From contig JAFQBE010000003.1 of assembly GCA_017416765.1 (NCBI GenBank), forward strand, positions 199 to 64,198: a stretch of DNA of 64,000 bases, given 5' to 3'. A program made the translations under genes and the position numbers. The notes beneath the pieces are model-generated. The model did no database searches and was not told the origin of the DNA. It saw only the letters and a list, made by a program, of their open reading frames with translations. Shown in pieces: positions 23,301 through 27,982 of this stretch. Source of the DNA: Clostridia bacterium. GTDB lineage: Bacteria > Bacillota > Clostridia > Oscillospirales > Acutalibacteraceae. Positions within the stretch are counted from its first letter, which is position 1. Every line of letters starts with the position of its first letter.

Positions 23301-25659
23301 TGGCTGTATCCAAATTTGGGTCGCTGACTGCATCTTTATAGTACGGACCTTTATCGCGTGTACCGATAACTGCTGTAAATAGCTTTGTATCTGTTGCAAT
23401 AATATTATCGTCACCGTAAATTGAACCTGTAAAGATTGTTTTTGTCCAGGAAGACTCTGTAATAGCAATATCAGTTGTGATCTTATAATTACCGTACGGT
23501 GCAAGATGAATATACTGTGCCATTGCAGTCGACTTGATTTCAAACGGACTGCCTACACCTTTTGAAGGGTCGTAATCGGGATCACCTGTGGCATTGCTTG
23601 TGACAAAAATATCAAGAGCAAATGAAACCGGCAGATTCTGCATTGAAGATGCACCGGCACCTGTTCCCGCAAAATCAAAATCAGCCAAATATGATTTAGT
23701 TATAAGTGTGTTGTTGGAACCCGAACCCGTGTATGAAACATCGTCGCTTACTGTAACAATTGCCGCTGTAGTTCCTTCAATAACATTGAACGCATGTGTG
23801 TTATCTGCTGCATTGAGATTGCCTAAATCGCCACGTTCTACAACAACAGCTCTGTTTGAAGAAACAAGCTTACCGGCAGAAGTTTCAAGGATATAGGGGC
23901 GTCTTGAATCAACAGTATCAGTAAATACGTATGCAGTTGCACATTTACTTATTGCATCAGACCAATAGCAACCGGAAGCTTGGGCAGCATTGCCGCCAAA
24001 ACCGATTACCGCACCTATATACTCCCTTGCAGGATTAATAAGCCTTACAAGCGTATAGCAATTTGAAATTGCCCCGTCAGGTGTGTTACTGTCTGCAAAT
24101 GCAACAATACCGCCGGCATAACCATAGGTTTCGTTGTCTGACAAAAATGAACCTGTAGCAACACAGCCAGAAATTATACCACCGCTAACTATACCGGTAT
24201 TTTCATCTTTTTGTCCTATTGTAACAGCAGCAATACCGCCGTAATAGCCATTGTAAAGTGCTGACTTCATGTATGCACCGACATTATGAACTGTGGAAGA
24301 AACGATTTCGCCATTATTAACAGAAGTTATACCACCGTAATATGCAAAATTTTCACCGCAATCAACACCGCAATAAATATTGTATGATGATGCTGTTGCC
24401 GCCTGAGCTGATGTTACAGAGCCTGTTACGGTAGAGTTATAGACATAACCCTTATTGTAACCGACAAGACCGCCGACATAACCGCCGCCGGTTATATTAT
24501 TTTTGATATCAGCTGTACCTGCAAAATCAACAACACAGTTTTTAATACCATTCTCTGTTCCGCTTGTTTCATTATAACCGACAAGACCACCGATATAATG
24601 ATTGTTACTTGTTATGTTAAGTTTAATTTCGGAAACTGATGATGAATCAACTATGCCGCGGTTCTGTCCTACAAGACCTGCTACATAGTCGTTGCTTGAT
24701 TTTGTCGGGAGATTAACTGTAAAGTTATTTACCTTAACATTCTCGATCCTTGATCTGTTATCGGAAACAGCGGCAGCAATACCGTTGTAAAGAACATATG
24801 TATCAATTGTTACAGAAGAACCATCCGTATTTTCTGAACTGATGTCAGGAGAAACAAGTTCGATTTTACTGTCAACAATTTCACAGTTTGAAATTGTGCC
24901 GGCATTCATGTACGAAATAACAGCCATACGCTTGGGCTGGTCAGATGTTGCAGCAACATTAATGTCTTCAAATATAACATTGCTGATTTCAGATTTTTCA
25001 TTGAGATAACCGAACAGTGCGAAGTTTTCATGGGGTACGCTGATTCGTGTACCTTCACTGCAGCTGATAACATATTTTTTTACATCGCCGTTTTCTTCGT
25101 ACACAATGTTACCCTGCGTATCCCTTACAGTACCATCAAGAATAAAACGCACAACATCGGAAGTCGGCTGTCTGAAATTAGTTGAAACAAGATAGGCATT
25201 ACCGGCTTTTTCAGGGAAGGGCAATTCAACACCTTCTGCAAAAAGAGGTGAAAGATCAATATTAGCACCGAGTCTAAAGTATTTATTTGATGTATCATCA
25301 GCCTGAAGATTGGGGAACTGGGCATTGACAATTTTATTTGCTTCAAGGAAATCGGAAGCATCCATAATAATATAAGGATTCTGCTGTGTACCCTCACCTT
25401 CAAGTGTTATTTCTTCAGCCGCTTGAAGTTGTATTGAAACATCGGAATCAAGAGTAAGTTCACCGCCCTGAACCGAAATTTCAGGTTCGGAGGATTCGGC
25501 ATCAACAGAGGAACCGGAGGCAGATTCAATGGCAGAAAGAGAATTGGCAACGCTGTCCTGGTTTGCGTAAACCAAGAGATTGTATGCACCAGTAGACGAC
25601 AGCAGTAATGCCGTCGCCAAAAGTATTACAAATGAGCGGAATGCCAACCTTTTCTTCAT
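8305..25659 (-). CDS. giant (5,784 aa) secreted GLUG-repeat, beta-helix-type surface/adhesin-like protein
   Basis: Single uninterrupted 17,355-nt ORF; GGAGG 8 nt upstream; Sec-type signal MKKRLAFRSFVILLATALLLSSTGAYNLLVYA/NQ; dozens of GG(L/I)(V/A)G GLUG-type repeats; at least 8 module heads of the form PY-x-I...(N/D)IDL...PIG...PF-x-G-x-(F/Y)DG-x-G(Y/F)-x-I-x-x-L; no LPXTG, SLH, TM or choline-binding tail recognised. Confidence 0.9.
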   Translation of the reverse strand: MKKRLAFRSFVILLATALLLSSTGAYNLLVYANQDSVANSLSAIESASGSSVDAESSEPEISVQGGELTLDSDVSIQLQAAEEITLEGEGTQQNPYIIMDASDFLEANKIVNAQFPNLQADDTSNKYFRLGANIDLSPLFAEGVELPFPEKAGNAYLVSTNFRQPTSDVVRFILDGTVRDTQGNIVYEENGDVKKYVISCSEGTRISVPHENFALFGYLNEKSEISNVIFEDINVAATSDQPKRMAVISYMNAGTISNCEIVDSKIELVSPDISSENTDGSSVTIDTYVLYNGIAAAVSDNRSRIENVKVNNFTVNLPTKSSNDYVAGLVGQNRGIVDSSSVSEIKLNITSNNHYIGGLVGYNETSGTENGIKNCVVDFAGTADIKNNITGGGYVGGLVGYNKGYVYNSTVTGSVTSAQAATASSYNIYCGVDCGENFAYYGGITSVNNGEIVSSTVHNVGAYMKSALYNGYYGGIAAVTIGQKDENTGIVSGGIISGCVATGSFLSDNETYGYAGGIVAFADSNTPDGAISNCYTLVRLINPAREYIGAVIGFGGNAAQASGCYWSDAISKCATAYVFTDTVDSRRPYILETSAGKLVSSNRAVVVERGDLGNLNAADNTHAFNVIEGTTAAIVTVSDDVSYTGSGSNNTLITKSYLADFDFAGTGAGASSMQNLPVSFALDIFVTSNATGDPDYDPSKGVGSPFEIKSTAMAQYIHLAPYGNYKITTDIAITESSWTKTIFTGSIYGDDNIIATDTKLFTAVIGTRDKGPYYKDAVSDPNLDTANRKGGYISNLNFELSADIDESVLGTVYDSTIVKVALSDGDPTPDDGDETVYEGYIADLSKAPAYSAAFIDCAVGNSYIYGCSTDVSVKFGATNYVAGFIAYVSGAVVVDNCFVNAISVYVSGDSNEISRAAFIADSEQNSGLIANSIISSRIIGSTYVYAVFGKHAGVYSRAYKNIVWSKLSFASTNKASNVEQESVSLWGGESVPTQNMMAGGDFVWTVDIPQHVTAFEGASVSDFTVSLINIDSNNNETAYEADKFTIEGITVENGKLNVTVKAATSAQAGDSVYLKVVNFETGFQTYVKYLVKSSDFVTQDGYIILSTKEDLVMLSNKVNPDSENKDLTYLSKAYKLDANIRMGDTVIPPIGSNAYPFTGIFDGNNYEISELTITSTNDNSALFAAVDFSEGVSVNGVSSDSGIYNLKIRDFAVSGGDSTAVLVGTGIDKVNIHDVEIIDSSAIGTGKSVAAVVASMKDCDADIYNVTLNGVTVQTSYTDGAKFFKDNAVVIGGIGAIIGSAEESDTEAHTINVYGVAASNIVVAGPSIGNVYGYATVNAGGLIGTYQKYYETAANMSASSLNIGREVPEDEADFDITVSNLTVRSAGNAGGIVAATNAKTTIKNVKVSADSEKGTTIHSTTELYIGGIAGYVGPYRSYDNADAIEAVSKIYGFISNAVVENAEIKATDINISSPTAVKNRNVVVGGIVGAVNGPAEGDTLVDCVLKNSLVEGVVVGGIVGANIMLYVNIGNVLHINNCDVFLSVITTVKDCVPCGYSLETYDFGVGGILGTNTANYNSYRDSYISDVNIKYCDVDFQTIITNYIECDNETLKYFSATGGIVGLATQYKSTGTQLKLSYNTVSAQITSVADMNVVSEPYHTDQEYWRVGTGGFIGFFRGIDLYSEYVAYTQYLSITDSVFDGSIIGTDCIGGAIGSITSAFCYEYSEETHLPKDLLKNIVISGSLKSTLANETNTMIRGGVTIGSIVANTDSYIAGGYSGSGFALEMVIGDDMSYTFSNIYYSSFAIDTTTFPFMGYCGADKSNNWSNYIPTYFETFSLIVNCYYDVNLKGSDFDNGNVEPQLTDYSSGTEFVGYVFPEVNRGEFRLDTADKNGKKPHWVGSNPSIAIVSDTEYNSLTVTPKNPETIDVSIDYIGSVTDGEGWSYEARLPVGFKFTSTAFVPLQTVNYNGTTYRLITDPIDFKLIKDEALAYNYWLANDIVFTENMFDPTNGMYKGGFTPIGTSSAPFTGTFGSRKDAGNEQFEISGLQLTASADTNKVAGLFGYTQNASFDNFKITDVTSTADVKYAAAVAAVATGSLNATNVTVENAHISGADYTAGLFGGLFSAGQGAISWNISESKLIGERTADSSYTTTIQGDLASAGIVVHTDQNAASIKGVTVSGSAIIQGTENDTDDSTYFDNGAAGIAFAYSGDISANGNKRNTVKDSLVKGEIAAGAVVRTYTSNANDVFSSFSSNTNHASVVAERVSINAVDIFSTIVEGTHIHTADKYSYRTISSAGIIARVDAPSVNHTVTDCTLDEQTTVKAPYGVGGIVGCFEAPTDTSKIRVYNIVIDSCNTSATVTATESDNTKITDTISNLYYNMGAGGIIGSLSKDTYLSGIHISNCHVGGTISGDSAVGGLVGAIWTSGMIVDEAKFNEMNHHFAENCVISASFKNLAGEDSFVKKTTTTGIVVGYIYDFEANPSNGVMVSGSSFSGYTNQPFFNIYYSGYKYQSGSAYLFGVLKPVQSGNDNSANTKSGLTDYIYDINSYEADKENEPGIKNHTINEQTRALTFGEQYRIKHKDYDYEENITPINSLLFATGYPVAMSDFSFDALPQNVPDNDLNYIFDSAASINGFTVSAVNKGGTDTALEQTAVLMPESVKTDSNKISVKAAEGGYILAPADGVTLTETVEFNLVFTYSNGMELAAAFVVEVSGNDYYRYENTYFVFNASNLYSTIEKVNASSTIIQCYDIFCAIENNNPLITSADTYAENVTLSQVMSAEDLALLAASVHPNPKFEAGVDERTEIDIEEYLGVTDLANVKLSKLVDGVSATQYGTYTENSSDHFDLDFAGDYRVLSAVAVDNINSTGLTQAGDYFSIYGFESHDDVNVTAQGEDAEKSGFFNSLNGATVTGLTFVNPKIEVIGSRDAENFVGVLAGSAVGATITDVSVERIGTQGEAYVMSLRQMIPASTNVGGIVGSADAATKINNCSVSGLDVIGATLAGNTSGKLYTVKVGGIAGSSAAEIVDASVSDSRILAERYDRFRNTYVSYAGGIAAWATGNITNAEVNNTQLRDATCSVNVTGTTAAGSYVANADDHELVADRIGGIVAHSYGNVNIASAKLHGVSITAFDTAGGIIGEIENDDEAVVNITNSNVGDYAVAGSNADIRVLSSSNLSTSNLRQFYNVAGGIVGKVDNLASLNINGSGFSGYVGTYSYDNLNKDCTAGGVIGYISEQLENISSLTVVDTTVSGEVSGFRSGKTAPAFEPYLGAAGGYIGKIRSTVSDAGETPLVSHGVMSAEVNLYTNSTGTMVDATNATVKDPQSVSTNVGKLLGFAIEGNNFATSAEDLTAYFENIYVSSYPQDIIAYGCKDFYGQKNTAETYTDINVATYTYTEDGTTYTENGKSFMVGTSEDISISPADDKYSSSALIPLDTENIGEEGVSASRHFRLVYNDIKFKSDNTSSDVISYNKENGAHIVLNEGETSAVISIDNYEKPYGTLTISQVKEDIIGDLVLTYSYGLEVGIRLITVEIEGMGEEDDPYLISTPKHFDVVRALPDAYYKQVNNIDLAPQYGYSTTVTSPLWKDGQGFEPIGTKQIPFIGSYDGGGYLITNLYINRSSDYAGLFGCVGSGAELKNIHIELAGPMTVNTNPENFNITADLVGGITANSYVGGLAGRVNNATVTNCSVVKGNVIGDTALGGLIGESAGATIDSCFISTTVYSKLTGKEYSGQNKNAGALVGFVSGTTSVSGSFTFGYVSLGVKESNDERIYGAVGGLAGYVGTNAKLEISDVFVGASVSDSNGINFYKGLTIGGSNTQRSDITAKNVRISAAVAATQVGDTDKINPVLGVLGGVTVPDDAKGSVIYDADLMGIAAEQAVVDEQGNPIVDENDEVVTEWVTVVSDESGVTPASGEDFSLNGVNLAANAGTDAYTLAYVELAKLQVDPSAKEITDRQNNTLYKDGLFYPVTVMGEGIIASSSRFDTSDNLDDYPSEMDTELYGDGKDKSIRNTDLLFENVQGGIKVYINIFKEDAEKYTGEVLKNGEMFYNDRVPYFVVTDSAPVTVDDTSVELYRKVVYPVQVRNDSIGRIYPISTERQLNSIGIKATDEYGKVIDTKFVALTPDKSYTFTDDIVLGNYKFNPIPDYSGRFEGNGFKLSNLNIEASDNTGFIGTMLGGSLSNMVLEIGTVSGGNNVGALVGSIQPAEGKTVNITNCSVSHLMKDKESADGETAEKEPVGSGVIGSNNVGGLVGYAKGGTGSIISHSFTQVTVSGTNVVGGLVGYNEMAVDNSYATGDVNSSITGTYSGTHGIGGLVGVSNGSAAVISSSFSSSAVDVGLNDGMTYITSSEYGVGGLVGHVGDGAQLSGVFSSGGVRYSYSDGDSEDDNETGSSVELPSCQSLTLGVGGLVGVLGSSTLNVYSSASVAAKFGDVSAASAVGAGGLFGVIKAGVEYGYSSGSTLAEPRMKDYSSANYGVGGVIGVIAGGVSAKHLRYDLNVSAIEYDAETDASQGSVGKVISGSFDNAAQATTAQFIDGSSLQSELGGSVFGYTPGAYPYLKALFNENVSRTIQFNALLSVVAIELNPLDQMAAEGKGISMAMNIPTEVTHNGTAYTFGFEADNTQQGSAKAIVDPNTNTLSVQRSSNKAEQANFIITIETVGGQKVDPSDGVVYSTVASRPLSRICAQMLGTDDYPFLVASQEDMKHVAMTSNELTATAAADPESLYLEWNEPLDANTDSNDTKVYYRMMGNVYLDGTYTRPVGFAALAHGYSFDGNGYFVHGLRETLADTVNESSVITNVTFKDTVFSEGESLVGNLDGIVRGVNVFSMPVNEKNTDGTLKYTHTKSSGNNVAGIAQTVNKNGIIEGCVVNLDWEGTANDSFAGIALTNNGTIAMSASVGDITGSANSAAAFVGENNNTISTCFTMGDILLDSPTSSVSGFVGTNNSAITNCYTRCNIIVRGENSGLNAGSFAANNGTNGTINACYAAGLFTVDNAGTTHVFVGHNDGSINDSMFDKQMSGSSFADDFYLAERTLEVATLSNMNIMVKGAYVVSDNAGKTAVIDGVETVVDIEYPQLKAILDTKVLEETGEADKDGNKIKEETEQSLMYRTLRSYSNLSSAGAMVNNDNYIDYLPYGTDTVISSKFIWKMADESVAEMDDFAGGGKYFTTNNKAASTIISVRNPDITNKPDLGIEIEEYHSYTKEESKIYDTYNLHITVNNNPNPNFSGGNGTEETPYIIATKEQVVALSYYGSNPDSYFIIGEVTDAEGNDIDDITNGALDMTGTDWGAYIDLFSANLDGRGYTLSNVTIPPEGDNALIGVIDGGNISNLGIAGISITVPEGNTDAAGMLAAKAMNNTSTITNCVVVGTVTGPDGKAATSEYIGGLIGDAQGPVIIDGCVVSGKVVNSEGSAGGVIGKAENGVSVTNSLSTVLVDGGNSAVGGIIGSGPANTTDSVSVSNTVFAGNVNGATVGNIAGDGKNITVTNSYYDKQLSMVAAEENGVTAASTHYLTTALVSDFVSTMGRINSFSGYPVPAAIASGENYGDAFMNAVKLASAKISFVNGTGAGTSKVFTGVAADDWGAIMTVSGDTVKYFGATTSGTSLKADTSSLALGETAEGEFTYTLADTSLVRYIDFTLGKTVKAVQYKLKDSGIADSSKAIISVVTGVGEGKSAATIFDSTANYAESYESICNNMIFAYDEELEAYTFTVTAQLDEKLIAEDIDVKFDNVNVSADIIKNQNGSFTVVIGSEATTELVNFTTVSIDITAVEEAWGVHKLVSFF

Positions 25660-25750
25660 TTTTAAGAACCTCCAAAATATCCGGTAAAGTGTTCAGCTTT
25701 CGGTGTCTTTCTGCCGTTACACCGCAAGGCTTAATTTAATATTGCCTTTA

Positions 25751-27883
25751 TTAATCCTCGTTGTTTTTTAATGCCTTTGCTTTTTCAGCAGCCTTTTGCT
25801 TAGCTGCTCTTTCTTTTTCCTTTTGTTTTGCTTTTGCAGCTTTCTCTTTTTCAGCTTGTAAAGCTTTTTCCCTTGCAGCCTTTTCTTTTGCCTTCTGTTT
25901 TGCCTTGGCTGCCTTTTCTTTTTCAAGCTCTAAAGCGCGCTGTTTAGCCATTTTTTCTTTTTCCTTGGCTTTTTGAGCTGCGGCTTTTTCTTTTTCAGCC
26001 TGTAAAGCTTTTTCCTTTGCTGCCTTCTCTTTAGCCTTCTGCTTTTCAGCAGCTTCTTTTATTTTTTGAGCTTCAAGAGCTTTTTGCTTGGCTATTCTTT
26101 CTTTTTCTTTCTGTTTAGCCTTCGCAGCCTTTTCTTTTTCAGCTAAAAGTGCTTTTTCTTTAGCAGCTCTCTCTTTTGCCTTGAGCTTTTCAGCTGCTTC
26201 TTTAGCTCTTTGAGCTTCCAGAGCCTTTTGCTTTTCTATGCGCTCTTTTTCCTTTGACTTGAGTTTTGCTTTACGCTCCTTTTCAAGCTGTAAAGCTTTT
26301 TCCCTTGCCAGCTTTTCTTTTGCTTTTTGTTTAGCTGCACGCTCTTTTTCTTTAGCAGCCTGTTGTGCTGCAAGCTCTTTTTGTTTTTTCTGCTCTGCAA
26401 GAAGAGCTGCTTTTCTTGCTTTTTCTTCTTCAAGTGCTTTGAGCTTTTCCTGTCTTGCCTTTTCTTTGGCAATTCTTGCTTTTTCTTTTTCCTTAGCCTG
26501 TCTTTCAAGCTCCTGCTCACGCAGCTTTGCTTTTCTTGCGCGCTCTTTTTCTTTTGCCTTGCGCTCTTTTTCGAGTGCAAGTTCTTTTTCCTTCTTTGCT
26601 TTGAGTCTTGCCTTTTCTTTTGCTTTTCTTTCCTTTTCCAAAGCAAGCTCTTTTGCAATACGAGCCTTTTCGCGTTCCTTACGACGCTTTTCAATTTCTT
26701 TCTGACGCTGAATCTCAGCCTGAATCTTAGCTTCAATTTCAGCCTTACGCTCGTTTTCAGCCTTCAATGCGCGGTCGATAGCTTCATTAATCTTGGTTTC
26801 TCCCGCGGTCTTCTTCTTGTTGGCTCGTTTAAGCTCATCAACAAAAATTCTTCTTATCTCAACTTCTTCCATATCGTAGTTGAGAACAAGCTCTTCTGCA
26901 AGGCGCTTGAGAAGTTTCGGCTTAACCTTACGCTTTTTAAGCTTTGCTTCTTCAAGTTCCTGCTCACCTATATTCTTTTTAAGGAGCATATAGTTAACGC
27001 TTGCCAATTTGAACAAGTCGTTTTTATAATCGTCGGGAACCATTTCGTTGGACTCTTTGGCTGTAATTTCATAACCTACTTCATCATAGGAAGAAATAAA
27101 CTGCCAGAGATTAAGACAAGCACGGAAATTTGGGTCCTTCTGAATAACATTTGTACGCATAATCGGAGGACGGACCGGAGTACAGTGCTCAAGATCACGC
27201 ATAAAGGATGAACCACAGAAACCGTTTACAACTCGCTTGATTCTTTCAATTCTTGCAAGTGCGCTTACATTTTCGTCACCGGGTTTCATATCTTCAGCAC
27301 TCATTGTTGCAGTAGTTTGTGTTGCTACTTCCAATTTATAAGTAATTGTTTCATGACCGCGCTTTATTTCACTGTTCATGCTGAGCGATGATTTCTTTTC
27401 ATCCTGCTCCATATTGAAAAGAACATTATAACGCGTATCAATAAAGTGTCTGAGATTTCTGAGAAGTGTGAAGATAAAACGGTTTTCATAAATTTCAAAG
27501 CTTTCTTCACGGAAAACGTTAAGAATCTGGCTGGGAGTAACGCGGTCGCCGTCAACACGGGCAATCATACTGGTGTGCTGTGCAAGGTGACGGACAGATT
27601 CAGCTGTAATTTTTCTTGCACGCTCAATGGGAACGATTTCTTCTTCCTGAACGATGAACTTACGGGGGTTACGCACAATCGTATCGAGTGCAACTGTACA
27701 AGCTTCAATAGCTTCAACCCATTTAAGGTCAATCTTCTTTTCAAAGAAACGATTGAACATAGAAATTTCATGCTTGCCGCTTTCCATAGCTTCAAGCATA
27801 TCGCTGTAGTAATCATCACTGCCAAAAAGTGATAATGTACCTGCCTGATATTCGTTGTAAAGGTCTTCATATGAAGTTCCCAT
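25751..27883 (-). CDS. McrC-like (DUF2357-type N-domain) protein lacking a nuclease domain, fused to a ~340-aa K/E/A-rich helical tail
   Basis: Directly downstream of the McrB-like gene; motifs SFEIYENRFIFTLLRNLRHFI and TNVIQKDPNFRACLNLWQFI; C-terminal half is an uninterrupted KEKA-type repeat with no Pro or Gly; start set at ATG 27883 (AAGGAG 9 nt upstream; the track ORF begins at a TTG). Confidence 0.6.
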   Translation of the reverse strand: MGTSYEDLYNEYQAGTLSLFGSDDYYSDMLEAMESGKHEISMFNRFFEKKIDLKWVEAIEACTVALDTIVRNPRKFIVQEEEIVPIERARKITAESVRHLAQHTSMIARVDGDRVTPSQILNVFREESFEIYENRFIFTLLRNLRHFIDTRYNVLFNMEQDEKKSSLSMNSEIKRGHETITYKLEVATQTTATMSAEDMKPGDENVSALARIERIKRVVNGFCGSSFMRDLEHCTPVRPPIMRTNVIQKDPNFRACLNLWQFISSYDEVGYEITAKESNEMVPDDYKNDLFKLASVNYMLLKKNIGEQELEEAKLKKRKVKPKLLKRLAEELVLNYDMEEVEIRRIFVDELKRANKKKTAGETKINEAIDRALKAENERKAEIEAKIQAEIQRQKEIEKRRKEREKARIAKELALEKERKAKEKARLKAKKEKELALEKERKAKEKERARKAKLREQELERQAKEKEKARIAKEKARQEKLKALEEEKARKAALLAEQKKQKELAAQQAAKEKERAAKQKAKEKLAREKALQLEKERKAKLKSKEKERIEKQKALEAQRAKEAAEKLKAKERAAKEKALLAEKEKAAKAKQKEKERIAKQKALEAQKIKEAAEKQKAKEKAAKEKALQAEKEKAAAQKAKEKEKMAKQRALELEKEKAAKAKQKAKEKAAREKALQAEKEKAAKAKQKEKERAAKQKAAEKAKALKNNED
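25790..26380 (-). repeat. 144-nt (48-codon) imperfect tandem repeat inside the K/E-rich coding region
   Basis: The motif CAGC(C/T)TGTAAAGC and its variants recur at 25852, 25996, 26140 and 26284, exactly 144 nt apart; protein units look like KAKEKAAKEKALQAEKEKAAKAKQKEKERIAKQKALEAQKIKEAAEKQ. Confidence 0.75.
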
Positions 27884-27928
27884 ATTCAATCGCTCCTTAA
27901 TTCAGACTTTTGCTTTTTTCACAAGCCT

Positions 27929-27950
27929 CCGTCCCGTAAAAACGGGACGG
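27929..27950 (-). other. GC-rich intercistronic hairpin between the McrB-like and McrC-like genes
   Basis: CCGTCCCGT-N4-ACGGGACGG, a 9-bp perfect stem; not followed by a U-tract on the minus strand. Confidence 0.5.
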
Positions 27951-27982
27951 AATAACTTGCAAGAAATTAATATAGTAATAAA

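Noticed and set aside
8789-25589. About 40 ORFs of 60-170 aa inside or antisense to the giant gene
   Set aside because: All are nested in a single 17.3-kb open frame whose translation shows coherent repeat architecture. They have odd composition and no ribosome-binding sites.
25761-27211. Long ORFs in other frames and on the opposite strand of the K/E-repeat region (for example 25761-25976 +, 26236-26736 -, 26238-26705 +, 26327-27211 +)
   Set aside because: They are low-complexity by-products of the AAG/GAA/GCN-rich repeat (Phe/Ser/Leu/Cys-rich or Lys/Ser/Gln-rich translations). They have no RBS and lie entirely inside a gene with a clear start, a partner context and conserved N-domain motifs.
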